Assembly (NCBI GenBank): GCA_951406725.2 | Contig: OX597824.1 | Span: forward strand, 67,890,001 to 67,954,000 | DNA length: 64,000 nucleotides | Origin: Octopus vulgaris | Lineage: Eukaryota | Reading direction: 5' to 3' | Shown: positions 28,810 through 42,866 of the stretch, in pieces | Position numbering within the stretch: position 1 is the first letter of the stretch | Layout of the letters: each line of letters starts with the position of its first letter | The notes under the pieces: generated by a model | What the model was told of the DNA's origin: nothing | Database searches by the model: none | What the model saw: the letters and a program-made list of their open reading frames with translations, nothing else | Made by a program: the position numbers and the translations under genes

Positions 28810-29450
28810 AATACGAGGTGAATTCCAGAGCACTCCCAACACATGCAGATAAATGTTGCTTGTCACAGCCGAGTAGTTTTCTGAATGGAGTCGGGACAAT
28901 TTGGAAGATTGTAATGCAATTAAATTTTATGTCAAACTAAGCAAAAACGCTGAGGAGACTTATGAAATGTTCCAGACTGCATGAGCTAAGCGTCTGCTTT
29001 TCACTGGCACAATAGACCAGGGAAAGCAAGTACCCCGGGAGGCTCGTGGTGATCCCCTTTTTCGCCAACAATAGCATCATCGATATCCACTGGAATCTCT
29101 CTGGTCAGACAGAGGGAGTTCAAGAAGAGATTTCATCGCTAAGGGCCAGAGCACCAGCCTACAATTCTGTCCTAGTAACCAAATACAAAGATGGGTATGA
29201 ACACTGGTCCCCATCCAGCTTGCAGTTCAAATTTTGTTCCCTGACACTTTTGGTTGTTACCCAAGCTGAATGAGAAAATAAAGGTGGCTGTGACAAAGGT
29301 TCTGGATGCTTTCACTTTGGATGCGCCTGTGGGACCTCTACAAGTACAGAAGTTGGAAGATACTTTGAAGGTAATACTTTTGTACTCATCTGACATTAAT
29401 ATCTCGTCTGAAACAGACTTAAAACTTCTGGAATGCACCATATAATTATA
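28810..29450 (+). mobile_element. Mariner-like degenerate remnant
   Basis: tacgaggtg.attccaga start and a CN-AIKF...KLSKNAEETYEMFQTA-like peptide; boundaries approximate. Confidence 0.45.
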
Positions 29451-29726
29451 CACACACATACAGACACACACACACAGACGGACGCACGCTCGCACGCATA
29501 CAAACGGACGCACGAACGCACGCACACACGCACATATATATGTATAAAAGTTATTTTAATTCTGATATTCACACGAGAACAATATACTCACGCAAACATA
29601 TATGCATACATAGATACATACATTCCTACATACATACATACATACATACATACATACATACATACATACATACATACATACATACATACATACATACATA
29701 CATAAATACATACATACATACATACA

Positions 29727-30220
29727 TGATGTGGGAAAGAGAAGAGAAATTGTGTACTGTTGTGGAAATCAGCTGCCCAGTGGATGTTAACAGAAAGTTG
29801 AAGGTCAGTGAAAAACAAAATACCAACGCAGGCCTATTGAGAAATCTTCGAAACATATGTCGAAAATAAAGAAAATTTGTTAATTTGTCGTTCAACTCCA
29901 TTCTTTCATTTATTCATAAATTTTATAAATATATTTATATATAAATATATTGCAATTACTCTATCCAGACTAAAAGTTCATATTTGTACCTATAATTATT
30001 GGGACATGGGGATATGTAACACACTGCCTAAATACCAATCATGTGAAATTAGTCTTCTCAAAATCAGAAAGGAAACAGCTGATTCGAAGAATATAGATCC
30101 AAGCCATCACTAGTACTGTAAAAATCAGTAAAAATTTCCAGAAGTTTTTCATTTAAGAATATGCGAGCAAGTCTAGGCATACAAGTATATGCATGAGAAG
30201 ACATACGTAAAACTAAACGT
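29727..30220 (+). mobile_element. R4/RLE LINE 3' fragment interrupted by a half-hammerhead element (29846-29930)
   Basis: MMWEREEKLCTVVEISCPVDVN...GLLRNL, then QLLYPD*KFIFVPIIIG resumes after the insert. Confidence 0.6.
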
Positions 30221-30428
30221 AGAAATCAGCACGTGTACATACATACAAAAATGCCCTGTTGTTGACGTTGAAGTTCCAATGAAAGTTCTTGGATCTCGGT
30301 TAGAAACCGGCTCTTTCTGTATTGGCAACAAATCTTAAAATAAAACTGAATAATGACGTTCATACATAAATCATAAATATATATATATATGTATGTATAC
30401 ACACACACAAAGACATATACATACATGC

Positions 30429-30507
<79 letters not shown>

Positions 30508-30856
30508 TGTATATATACATATTTACATACATAAATACATACGTACATACATACATACATACATACATACATACATACATACACACATACATACATACAT
30601 ATATATATATGCATTTTCGTGGATTTTTCATATTTTACGCTTACATTTCCATGTGTATTTTATACTTTCTTTTATAACATATTTCTACTATATATATATA
30701 TATATATATATTTGAGTAGAAAAATGAAATATCTTTTTATGGATAATTCGTTTAACCGATACCTGGGTAGCAAATTCACATCAGAAATAGCACGGTTGAA
30801 GTTACGTGCCTAGGGCAGAGACTACGTGTTTTCGTGTGGAAATTTGTGTGTATTTT

Positions 30857-31121
30857 TATAAAATTTATGAATAAATGAAAGAATGGAGTTGAACGACAAA
30901 TTAACAAATTTCCTTTATTTTCGACATATGTTTCGAAGGCTGCATATTCCTAATTGTGAAGGAATAAGGAGTACATTATGCCGCTTTCTCATCAGGAAAA
31001 ATAAGGAATTTATGTCAACATCAAGATTCACAAAAACTTTTTGATGACTGCTCTCACGAAAATAAAGGAAATTTGTTAATTTGTCGTTCAACTCCATTCT
31101 TTCATTTATTCATAAATTTTA

Positions 31122-31123
<2 letters not shown>
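30857..31123. mobile_element. Hairpin element (~66-bp inverted arms) enclosing a hammerhead
   Basis: 30857-30923 is reverse-complementary to 31057-31123; (TA)n on the right. Confidence 0.8.
30918..31000 (-). ncRNA. Type I hammerhead ribozyme
   Basis: Stem I UUUUC/GAAAA, CUGAUGA, stem II GAA/UUC with long extension (UAUUCCU/AGGAAUA), GAAA, palindromic CAUAUG, GUC site. Confidence 0.8.
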
Positions 31124-31196
<73 letters not shown>

Positions 31197-31919
31197 TTTA
31201 AGTGCGAGTATTTTTTTATACAGCACCGTTTTTACAATCCTGCACATAATAATAATGGTATTTTTATATAAGCTTAAATCTTATGGCGATCACCGTGCAC
31301 TGACTAAGGAAAATGGTGTAATAAAGGGGTATATAAGCCCTCGACAAAAAATTCCAATTAGCGTGGATAATTTAATCTTGAAGGGAAGAAAGTCTTACCT
31401 TTCGATAAGACACAATGACTTGACAATGAAAAAATACGAATTTTTTTTACAGCAAAATGTTCCTATTTTCGCTTTTGCTAAACAGTATTTTAGTCAGTTA
31501 CAAATCTTTTTATGTGAATGTGATTTCAAAAATGTAAATTGTTTGTGCAGTAAGTATTCATATTTTAGCTTTTTTTAAACAGACAATATTTTTATGTTTT
31601 TTATAATTATTTTCAAGTGAATGCTATTACAAAATTTTTGGCATATTCAAGAAATATTTTAAAGTGAAAATGACTTCAAAAATACCGTAAATATTCCATA
31701 AAAGACCCGAAATACCGGTTACGTGGTAGCAGGGTATGAAAGAAATAGCAGTTAAACATTTTCTTTTCTGTGGAAAGGGGCCGTTTACGCGTGATTTCGA
31801 TGTCACGTTCGTTGAATGCATCCGAAATAATCTGGAAAAGAAAAGACCCCCACGAAAGAAAATTCCGTTGCTGGGAAACTCAGACTTTGCCGGTGACCGA
31901 ACTGGTCACGAGCAGTATA

Positions 31920-31976
<57 letters not shown>

Positions 31977-32507
31977 CATATATTTATATTTGTACGGAGA
32001 GAGATAAAGAGGGATAAAAACAGGTACAGACATACAGGCAGACTACGACACATTGAAATAAGCTTAGCTATCACTGACAAACGTGTTTGATTTGGGAGCT
32101 TGCGTTATGATGTCGTTTAACGATTTTAACTCCGGATTAATGGCAACAGTCATAGCTACCATGTTGCTCCTTCCACACTTGGCTCACTGCAACATCGACT
32201 ATGTAAAAGCTAGAATGAGAGAAGTTTGTATTAGAAGTCGACTGGCACTAATGTTTAAGTAATTGAACTTGGAGAGCATGAAACCATGTGCTTGGTGCAT
32301 TATTATGCATGTATATGTGTGTAGTTGTTTATTTAACTTAGTGGGGAGAGAAAGATATAGAGTGTGAGAGTGAGCGTGTGTGTGTGTTATGTTTGTGTGT
32401 GTGTGTGTGTGTGTGCGTGTGTGTGTGTGTTAAGCAGACAATTAGAGAAACTGGAATTTATATATTATATAACCTTGGAATATAATTATTGAAGAAAGTA
32501 AAACAGT

Positions 32508-32646
32508 ATGAGATCTTCCCAAGTTGACGTTGATCGAATCCTACGTGTTCTGGGACAAACAAGATTTTTCCACACCACTCAATTCGTTCTGATTTGTGCC
32601 TCTGTAATTTTAGCGTCGATCAATAGTTTTTTCTACGTATTCTTTG
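32508..32646 (+). CDS. SLC22-like orphan/alternative exon 1 (MRSSQVDVDRILRVLGQTRFFHTTQFVLICASVILASINSFFYVFF)
   Basis: Intact 139-nt paralogue of 43554-43692 with the same GTATGT donor and similar upstream sequence. Confidence 0.8.
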
Positions 32647-33199
32647 GTATGTAACAATACATATATTTGCATGCATTTGTATAGCAGGGCCTTTTGAGGA
32701 AAACAAATTGTGTTGCAGTGAATTCATGTGTTTTGATTTTGAATTGTGTATGGGTATATGAAACGTGGCCACAGCATTGGGTGAACTTAAATAACTCGGA
32801 TATGTTTCGACCAAAATTTGGTTCAAACCACGTTTAACTTGACAGCACTACATAATAGGATCTGTTAGGTCACTTTTAAGTCAATTATTGTAGCATCATT
32901 TCTCATTCCTGTTGTGAGTTGTTGGCTGAGATACACCCAGGCATAGGCAGCTTTTCTGGAATCCCTTGATGAAATGTGTCCATGTCTCTTTTGAAGGTGA
33001 TGGGAGCCTTTTCTTCTATGATTTGTTTTGGGGTAATGTTAAAGAGAGAAGGGCCTTTTGAGAAAATGAAATTGTGTTGCAGTGAGCAAATGATGCAGTG
33101 CTCGGGGCGGCGCTGGAGAGAATAAAGTTTCGATGTTTTATGAATATATATTTCTACACACACACACGCACACACGCATATATCTATCTACCTATCAAC

Positions 33200-33280
<81 letters not shown>

Positions 33281-33316
33281 AATATATATATATTTGTTTC
33301 TCAACTTTTTTGTGTA

Positions 33317-33354
33317 TCTTTCTGTCGAAGAGCGTAGGCTCGAAACGTAAAAGA
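33317..33354 (+). ncRNA. Degenerate minimal hammerhead motif
   Basis: UCUUU-CUGUCGA-A-GAGC(GUAG)GCUC-GAAA-CGU-A-AAAGA; A6->U in the core. Confidence 0.55.
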
Positions 33355-33450
33355 CTTTTTCTATTTCTATCCCTGAGTGCTATACTAATACATTTGTTTG
33401 TTTGTACTCCACCTGCCTTCGTCTTTTGTTTATTTTCGTAAACTTTCCCG

Positions 33451-33496
<46 letters not shown>

Positions 33497-33651
33497 TATA
33501 TATATATAAGCGATGAGGACCGAAATGTCAAACATCTAAGTCCGCTGGTACAGTCCAAATAAAGAATATATATAAAAATATATATATACTTAGTATTTGC
33601 AAAAACTGTAATTTTTTTCCTTTCCTTATACTTCGTTCTATATATGTGTGT

Positions 33652-33736
<85 letters not shown>

Positions 33737-33819
33737 TGTAAATGTGGGTGTGAATGTGACTAAATATATATATACCTATATATACTTCATTGATTAAACC
33801 TCGCCAAGTTAAATATGTA

Positions 33820-33888
33820 AACCACCTGAAGAATGACTGCAACTCGAAAATTTTAAGAATTGAACAGCCATGAAACGATCGTACTGTT
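33820..33888 (+). ncRNA. Hammerhead motif with damaged stem I
   Basis: CUGAAGA, stem II AUGACUG/CAGCCAU, GAAA, palindromic CGAUCG, GUA site; poor stem I pairing. Confidence 0.5.
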
Positions 33889-34022
33889 ATATTAATTATC
33901 TTTTTTAATAATTTTGATATATTATTTAAATAATATAAATTAATTAATCTTATGTATTGGCTTAAGTTTTTCATTGTATGATTTGCCTAATAGTGGTTTT
34001 ATCTCTAATTTAATATAATATA

Positions 34023-34054
<32 letters not shown>

Positions 34055-34060
<6 letters not shown>

Positions 34061-34280
34061 AATCCCTCGACTATGCTGGGTGTTACGTTCCAAAAACCCC
34101 GTGATAGGTGAAAATCTGCGAAGTAGAAGCAGTACTGTACTGTATATTTTTAAAAAACTATTTCTATAATTTGCATGTATTTTTAATTATAAATTCAAAA
34201 CAACACCACAGCGAAATCGACGTAAGCTTAAATAATAAACCGCGATAGGTGAACCGCGATATGGCGAGGGATTATTGTAT
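34055..34280. mobile_element. pogo/Tigger-like MITE
   Basis: Ends tacataaatccctcgac / ggcgagggattattgta are imperfect TIRs with TA flanks. Confidence 0.55.
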
Positions 34281-34509
34281 ATGTAAGTATGTATATATAT
34301 GTGTGTGTAAGTGTGTGTGCGCGTGTGTGTGTGTGTGTTTGTTTGTGTTTGTGTGTGTGTGCGTGTGTGAATAGATATTTATATGTATGTATACATATAA
34401 GCATGTATATACCTCTCTCTCCCTACAACACAAACAATGACAATAATTATAGTAGCATGGAATTCCATAGGCTGTAGTTACGCATCATTATTATGCTACG
34501 AGTTACTAC

Positions 34510-34910
34510 TGGCGTGCTGGCAGAAACGTTAGTACTCCGGGCGAAATGCGTAGTCATATTTCGTCTGCCGTTACGTTCTGAGTTCAAATTCCGCCGAGGT
34601 CGACTTTGCCTTTCATCCTTTCGAGGTCGATTAAATAAGTACCATTTACGCACTGGGGTCGATGTAATCGACTTAATCCCTTTGTCTGTCCTTGTTTGTC
34701 CACTCTATGTTTAGCCCCTTGTGGGCAGTAAAGAAATAGGCATTTCTCTTGTCGCTACGTTCTGAGTTGAAATTTCACAGAAGTCGACTTCGCCTTTCAT
34801 CCTTTCAAGGTCGATAAATTAAGTACCAGTGAAACACTTGTATCGATGTAATCCACTAGTCTCCACCCCACCCCCACAAATTTGAGGCCTTGTGCCTCCA
34901 GTATAAGAAC
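34510..34910 (+). mobile_element. SINE-family repeat; related copies at ~4470-4600, 16560-16770, 18495-18620, 49640-49850
   Basis: Shared acgttctgagttcaaattccgccgaggtcgactttgcctttcatcc core. Confidence 0.65.
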
Positions 34911-35090
34911 TATATTTATCCTAAGCTGAAAGGAGTTCCACATTTGTATACCTATACCATTGGGTTATCCCAGAACATGGAATTAACATGTGGTAGACAA
35001 AAGGCATAGGAGCTTTCAAGAGCGCAATACGAGGCTTTTGCCCACTCTAAACTAAACGAATATATATATATATTGTTATTGTTATTATTA

Positions 35091-35209
<119 letters not shown>

Positions 35210-35424
35210 TCTAAGTCTATCTAGAGGGGACTACGGCAGCAGTACTGGGTATTAATAGTTATCACCATCAGTGCTGCTGCTCTAGTCTCCTTTAGAGACT
35301 TAGAAATAATAATAATTATATTTCGGAAAACCAGTGGATGTGTTCCATGTGTATATATAAATTTTTGTAAATTAAACAGTTAGGTTCGACTACGCCACAT
35401 TGATAAAGGGCAAATACTCTGAAA

Positions 35425-36320
35425 CATTGTAAAATGCGAGCAAGGGGAATAATATTTTTAAGATTATATACCTGGAAAAGTACAGGATTATATACCTGGA
35501 AAAGTACAGGTCAAGTTTTTACACTTGGAAAAGTTCAGGACAAGTTATTACAACTGGTAAAGTACTGAACAAAACATTTTTCCTTAAAATATTGCAGCTA
35601 AGGATAAAATTTCAAATTATTTTGATTTAGAAAATATTAGCTTTTGTTGAAACTAAAAAATGTATTACAAGTTATTACTGCCATTTGTTATTACTTGTTA
35701 CTTCTATTAAAAATTAATAATAACTCAAAACATTTTTTGCATTTACGAAAAAAATTCATTTGTTTAATTATTAATTAATAAACATTTGAAAATAGGTTAT
35801 AAAAATAATAGTACTACATAATTAGTACAATAAATAGGATAATAAAAAAAATCAGTTATATATTACAATACAATCTACCCACACCAATAAATTAACAGTA
35901 AAATTGGCTTGAGTTATTGCCTAAGTTATTGCCAAGTCTTCACATTTTTAGTCTTGACCCAATGCCTATTTTTACATAATGAATTTACCTACCATATATA
36001 CTATTCTACTTTGCATAAAACTTTAACCATATTGGTACTTCTGGCTCTCGTTTTTAAAGTATTCTAGTGTGTCAATATTTTAACAAAATAAGAGTATCTT
36101 TTTTTATATTTTTTATGTTACTTAGTAAATTAAAATCAAATAATTTTTAATATTCAAATTTTATCCTTAGCTGCAATATTTCAAGTAAGAATTTTCTTGT
36201 TCTGTACTTTATCAGATGTAATAACTTCTGAACGTTTCCAAGTGTAATAACTTGTCCTGTACTTTTTCCGGTTTATAATCTTAAGAATATTATTTCTCTT
36301 CTTCGCATTTTTCCATGTAA
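35425..36320. mobile_element. Foldback element with ~190-bp inverted arms containing short subterminal tandem repeats
   Basis: aatattgcagctaaggataaaattt vs aaattttatccttagctgcaatatt; repeated tatacctggaaaagtacagg units mirrored in the right arm. Confidence 0.7.
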
Positions 36321-37997
36321 TGTTCTTTCCAGGCTATGCTATTATGCTAATTAAAAATTGATAATGTGTCAATAATTTAAGATTTTACATTATTGAAAAT
36401 TGAGTAATAAATTTAAAGTGTGTGTTGTATGTGTATGTCTGTGTGGGTGTGAGAGAGAGAGATGGTGGGTGTGTGGTGTTGCTGCTGTGTATGTGTGTGT
36501 ATGCGTGTGTTGTTGTTGTCGTGTGTGTGTGTGCGTGTGTGTGATGGAAAAAGAGTGAGACAGCGTACATTTTTAAATTTTTACTCACATCTTTTTTGAG
36601 TGATTGACTGAGAGGGAGCGGTGTGTGAGGTCAGAGGGTTAGAGAGAGAAAGTGAGTGTTGCTCTGTGTGTGACAGAGAGAGAGAGAGAGAGAGTGATAG
36701 CGGAAATTTTATTCATTTACTTTTTCTCACATCTTTTTCAGTATGTCATTGTCAGAGAGAGAGAGAGAGAGAGAAGGTGTGTCTTGCTGTGTGTGTGAGA
36801 GAGAAAGGGGGGAGAGAGTGATAGCTTAATTTTTTATTTAGTTTTGCTCGCATCTTTTGTAGTGAGTGACTATGTGGTTGATTGACTGAGAGAGTGAGAG
36901 GGGGAGAGGCTGTTACACACGCGCATAAACACATACGTGCACCCATTATCTGTCGTATACACGTACCTGTACAATTACATATGCAAACATGTTTTTTATG
37001 TTTGCGTGTGAGGAAGAGAGCGAAAAGTCACTCACTGAGTAAAGGTGTGTGTTCTCATGATAATATTTTTGCATGTAAGTATAAGTAGCTAAGTAAAATT
37101 TTCGCTGTCATTCCCTCTCTCTCTCTCTCACTCACTTTCTCCCCCCCCCCCCCACACACACACATACACAAACAACACAGACTTTATGTCTCTTATCCCC
37201 CATCAACATACATCTGTGTCCATTTGCTCTCATTCACTTTATGCCGACTTCAAACAAAATGTACATTTCTACACACAAAAATAAATAAATAAAATATTTT
37301 TACGGAATTTACCGAACGCCGTTAGGTAACAGCTAAGCTGCGCATACACGCCTTCGATTTGAAACCAAAGATTGCCAAAATGTCTTGGTTATTACTAAAA
37401 TTTTTCATTGTTATGATATAATTGCATTAATATAGATGACGTAATTAAACTAATTTTTTCCTTACCACAATATTGCTGGTGACATATTAAATGTCCCCTT
37501 ATAGAAATATATTACTACCCTCAAATTTGAGAAACAAACACATAATTTTTCTCTTTTGAAATTTCATTGCATGAAATTGATACCATGAAATTCCTCGAAC
37601 TGAGCTCTATCAATTAAGCTTAATTAAAATATAGTTTGTCTTTAAAATGAAAAAAGTTAATTATAGTTAAATCTAATTTTTTGCCTTATATTCTTTTTTC
37701 ATGATATTTTACTTCACAACTTTCTGCATACAAATTTTTGTTGCTTGGGATAAAAACTATGAAATTCTTCTTGCATTTTTCTTTCGTTGAATATATATTT
37801 TGCTTTTAAAATTAAATATATATATATACTTATGCACAAAGATACAAACTCATATGTGCATAAACGTATATTTGTCTGTTTATATGTATAGATGTGCATT
37901 GTTTAGCACTTCCGCTATTCCTAAAAAATTTAGAAGTAAAATTGAAACTGATCATATGATACTATACGTAGCTCACTTACTCCACCTTGTTTCACAG

Positions 37998-38208
37998 CCA
38001 TCACCCCTGAATACCAATGTAATAATCTGACAGAGTTTCTACTCAAAATCAATACAACATATCGATTGATGAAGCCGATCTGATATATGATAAATGCTCT
38101 ATAGACATCATCATTACCGATGGAGGGTTTACTACCGAGAATCGAACTCTGGACTGTGTGAATGGTTATTACTATACCACACCAGTTGATAAGTCTATAG
38201 TGTCACAG
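37998..38208 (+). pseudogene. SLC22-like orphan exon 2 with +2 frameshift
   Basis: 211 nt versus 209 nt for 48923-49131; ctcAAAAtcaa versus ctcAAtcaa, giving an early TGA. Confidence 0.85.
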
Positions 38209-38387
38209 GTAGGTTGAGTTCTATTACTGTATTAAACTGTTGTTAAGAATTGATATGTGTTCATCTGAGGTGTATGTCATCTCTGTGTTCTGACTTCTGT
38301 CAAGTATGAATAATGTTGTCTGCTTTTTTTAACGTATAAAAGCGCATTGAAAATAACTGTAAATAAAACAATTCATACACACACACA

Positions 38388-38425
<38 letters not shown>

Positions 38426-39116
38426 CTTTTACTTCAATCATTAGACTGCTGCTATGCTGGTGCACTGCCCTTAAGAATTTATAGTCGAATGTATCGACAC
38501 CAGTACTTTTTGATTAAAGCCTAGTACTTATTCTATCGAGCTCTTATTACGGAACCGCTAAGTCACGGGGATATAGAGACAGTTACACCGGCATAGAGAG
38601 AGAGAGAGAAAGAGAGAGAGAGGAACGGAGTAAGAAATGGACAGTTTGGTGTAGGTAGAGTTGGCAGTGTGAATTGAGTCATGGTGCTGTTTTTCTCACA
38701 GACGGCGCCCAATTGACCCTACTATATAATATGTAGTCGACAAAATCAAAAACAAACCATGCGTATACACGAAATAAAAAATAATAAAATGGCGACAATT
38801 TACCCATTGTATATTATGTGTATGTGTGTATATATATATATATATCACACACACAAAGATAAATTGATAGATACAACTGAGTGGGCAAACAAAAATACGA
38901 GACACAGCGTAGTGCTTTTTTTTATGTTGATAAGCCTGATACTTATTCTATTAGTTTGTTCTTGTGAAACCAGTAAGTTATGGGGATGTAAATAAACGAA
39001 CAGCAGTTGTGATGCAGTGATGAGGGTGAAACATAGAAACAAAGTCACACACATACACTTAAATATACACATACATATATATACGATTGATTTCTTTAAG
39101 TTTCTGTCTACGAAAT

Positions 39117-39180
<64 letters not shown>

Positions 39181-41154
39181 GTAAGTATACACACACACAC
39201 ACACACACACACAAATATAAATTATGTGGGCAAACAAATATATGCGATTCTGCGTAGTGGGTTTTTTTAATTTTGATAAGCCTGGTAATTATTCTATCAG
39301 TTTCTTCTTGTCAAACCAGTAAGTTATGGGGATGCAAGTAAACGAAAACCAGTTGTGAGGCAGTGATGAGGGAGAAACACAAAAACACACACACAGACTT
39401 ACATATATACATACATATATATACGATTGATTTCTTTCAGTTTCTGTCTACAAAATCCACTGACAAGGCTTTAGTTAGCCTGAGGCTCTTGCAGAAGGCC
39501 CATGCAAAGTAACCATATAGTGGGACTGAACCCAGGACCATGTGTTTTGGAACGAAGTTTGTTACCACACATCCACACTTGCAACTATGTATGTGTGTGT
39601 GTATGGGTGTATATATGTATGCATGTGTATATGTGAATATATATGTGTACATATTACATGTACATTTATATATATATATATATACATGTATACATATACA
39701 TCTATATGTATAGAAATAAATGCATACATAAACAGCTATACACACATACACACACACACTCACATACATAGGTGCAAGTGTGGCTATGTGGTAACAAACT
39801 TCCTTCCAAAACACATGGTCCTAGGTTTAAATTTAAATTTAAAACAATAAGGGTGAAAAATTGATTATTAATGTGATTAATATGAATTGTTAGCCAGAGG
39901 TATAGCATATAAGACCATAGCGGATCTTCTTCTTCCAAAATGGATGTTCACTGTTAATAGTTCATCCCTCCTATATAATAGTTACAATATTAAAGAGAAA
40001 GTATCTGACATTACAATAGAGAGATGTTTTTGTTTCATTTTAACACGTAATACTGAAATAGTGGAGAAGATATGATATTGCTATGGGCTCGCCCTAGGCA
40101 AGAAGTTAGAAAATTTTTGCCCATGACACTATATGAACCTTAAGTAAGGCATGTGTAAAATTTGAATGAAATCGGTTCTATAGTTCTCAAATTTTACGGA
40201 TTCACATAGACACACAGACAAACAGACATTCTCAGTTTTATATATATAGATATATATATGCACATACACATATATATTTATATACATATTTATGTATGTG
40301 TGTGTGTGTTTGCATGTGTTTGCGTTTCTGTATGCGTTTGTCACATAGTAAGTACTGAGGTTGATTCGTTCGACTAAAACTCTCCAGGACAGTGCCCTAG
40401 CAAGGCTGCAGTCTAATGACTAAAACAAGTAAATGATAAAGGGTAAAAGGTTGAACAAATAAAGAAGGAACTGGGTAGTTTCAAGAGAGAGAGAGAAAGA
40501 GAAAAATCTTCGTGTTTAGATGGACAGAACTCCTCTGACCATTACGGTTAAAGGTATTTTCCCTCTACTCATTGTCGGTATGCTTTTCTTTAAACCAATA
40601 TCTACTTGAGCATTTTAGGTGAAGCCAACTGCAAATTAATGTACTTCACTGAAGAGATCTAACTAGGTCGAAACTTGATTTAAGGCAGGCTTAGTGGTTA
40701 GAATGTTCTTGAGAAAAACACTTAATTTCGCGTTGCTCTAGTTCACTCAGCTGTAGAAATGAGTTATAATGTCATTAGTGCCAAGCTGTATCGGCCTTTG
40801 CCTTTCCCTTGGGTAAAATCGGTGTCGTGGAGGGGAGAGGGAAATATGAATGGGTGACTGATGGTTTTCCACAAACAACCTTGCCTGGACTTGAGCCCCC
40901 ATAGGTAACTTTCTAGGTGCAATCCCATGGTTATTCGTGACCGAAGGCGGGGGCTAAATGCTCTTCAAACAACATTGTCTTCATTACCAAAGGAACTGGA
41001 TCAGCGAGTATGATAGGAATAGCTTGTCTTTGCCTACTGTTTTAGACTTGAATACACCCTTAGGGGATAATCTCAGCTGATTGAAGTATTTCCGATTACT
41101 ATATTACATACATATACACAGATGCATACATACTTTATATGTACATGCATATAA

Positions 41155-41197
<43 letters not shown>

Positions 41198-41886
41198 AGT
41201 GCGCATTTGCATTTATAACTACTGGAACTCCGTCGGTTACGACGACGAGGGTTCAGATTAATGGAGTAGCCTGCCTATGTAATTAGCGTGCAGGTGACTG
41301 AGCATGCAACAGACACGTGTACCTTAACGTGGTTTTCAGGAAGACTGAGCTGGCCCTTTGACATATAGGAACTACTCTTTTTTACCAGTCGAGTAAACTG
41401 AAAGAGAAGGTTTACGTCAACAAACCGGAGACCCTGGTGCAACTGAAAGAGAATGTCAACAAAGAAATCAGAGAAGTGGGGCCTGAAACTCTTGAGGGTG
41501 TTATGGTGCAAGTTTTGGAAAGAGTACGGGCCTGCGAAGCCGAAAATGGTTGCCGTTTAAGCGATGTCAATTTTCATATGTGATCTAGTGGTATTGCAAC
41601 ATTGGGACTTGTGAATATCAAATTCCATTGTCGTTTATATTGTATAAAAATTTCATGCATTTATTTGTAAAGTTCAGAAAATTATTAAGAAATTGAAACA
41701 TATCAGTGCCTTTTGAGATATGCTGTATACACATAAGCAAATATACATATTTGAAAATACTAATGCACATACACGTATATATGTATGTTTGCATGTATAG
41801 TGATGTATTAGCTATTTTAAAACATTTTGAAGTAACATTGAATATTTATCTCTTGTTGAAATTATTCAAACAAATAATGAGATATA

Positions 41887-42866
41887 CTGTTGGACAAAAT
41901 AATGGAAACACCTAACATCGTAGCATCATAATTTTGTAGTATCGATAAAATTGTCAAAATCTTGTATATTTTTATGCTTTTTGATTTATTATAAATTTTG
42001 CGTAATATGTTTTGCGAAAATTGCTGTATCCTTTTAGACATCATCAGAAAAAGTTAATTAAAATTCATTAAAATGACAGATCTATCGGACTTTCAAATAG
42101 GTCAAATTTTTGATGCTCGTATGGCAGGCGCTAGAGTAACGAAAACATCTGAAGTATTTGGTGTATCAAGAAGTACTGTCTTGAAAGTAATGGCAGTCTT
42201 TGAGAAAGAGGAAAAAGCTCCTCGTCGAAACAAAACTCTGGAAGAAAACTTTTAGATAGGAACCATCGGACACTTACGCGAAATTTTTAAAAATTACAGC
42301 TCTCAAAATTACTACAGAGCTTAATGATCACCTCGAGAACTCAGATTCCACAAAAACTGTTCGCCGGGAGCTGCACAAAGCCGTATTTCATGGGATGGCT
42401 GCAATCAGAGAACCACCACTTTCAATAACAATCGATGCAAAGCGTTTAGAGTGGTCCCTAGAGCAGTAGAAGAATGTTATTTTCTTGGACGAGTCAACCT
42501 TTACCTTATTTCCGAACAGCGGCTGAGTATACGTGTGGAAACAGCCAAAAGAAACATTTGACCCAGACTGCCTTCTTCCAACTTTTAAACATGGAAGAGG
42601 ATGTGTGAAGATCTTGAGGGGGGCTATATCTTGAAAATCCGCCGGTCAATGGTTTACCTTCATGGCAGAATTAATAGTCTATTTAAGCAATTTACCTCAT
42701 CAAGTTCATCCTACTGTAGCGGAACTCTCTCCAGCGGGAAACGCAATCTTTCAGGAAGATAATGCACCAATTTACACGTCTAGAGTTGTTACTGAATAGC
42801 ACAAAAAACATTCTAGTGAAGTTGAACATCTTATCTGGCCACCATAGTCCACAAATCTCAATATTC
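41887..42866 (+). mobile_element. Tc1-like element, 3'-truncated
   Basis: TIR gttggacaaaataatggaaacacct; MTDLSDFQIGQI..., VIFLDEST, FQEDNAPIY; stops. Confidence 0.85.

Noticed and set aside
32690-33120. Possible gene fragment (SLQHNFIFSKGPSLFNITPKQI...)
   Set aside because: Reads like the degenerate 3' end of a LINE ORF2, with no splice context; family not assignable.
35395-35440. TTGATAA-AGGG..CTCT-GAAA hammerhead-like string
   Set aside because: No stem I, non-palindromic stem III, and it overlaps a foldback arm.
35460-35570. Short repeat series resembling a CRISPR array
   Set aside because: No unique spacers, eukaryotic context, and mirrored in the opposite arm of a foldback element.
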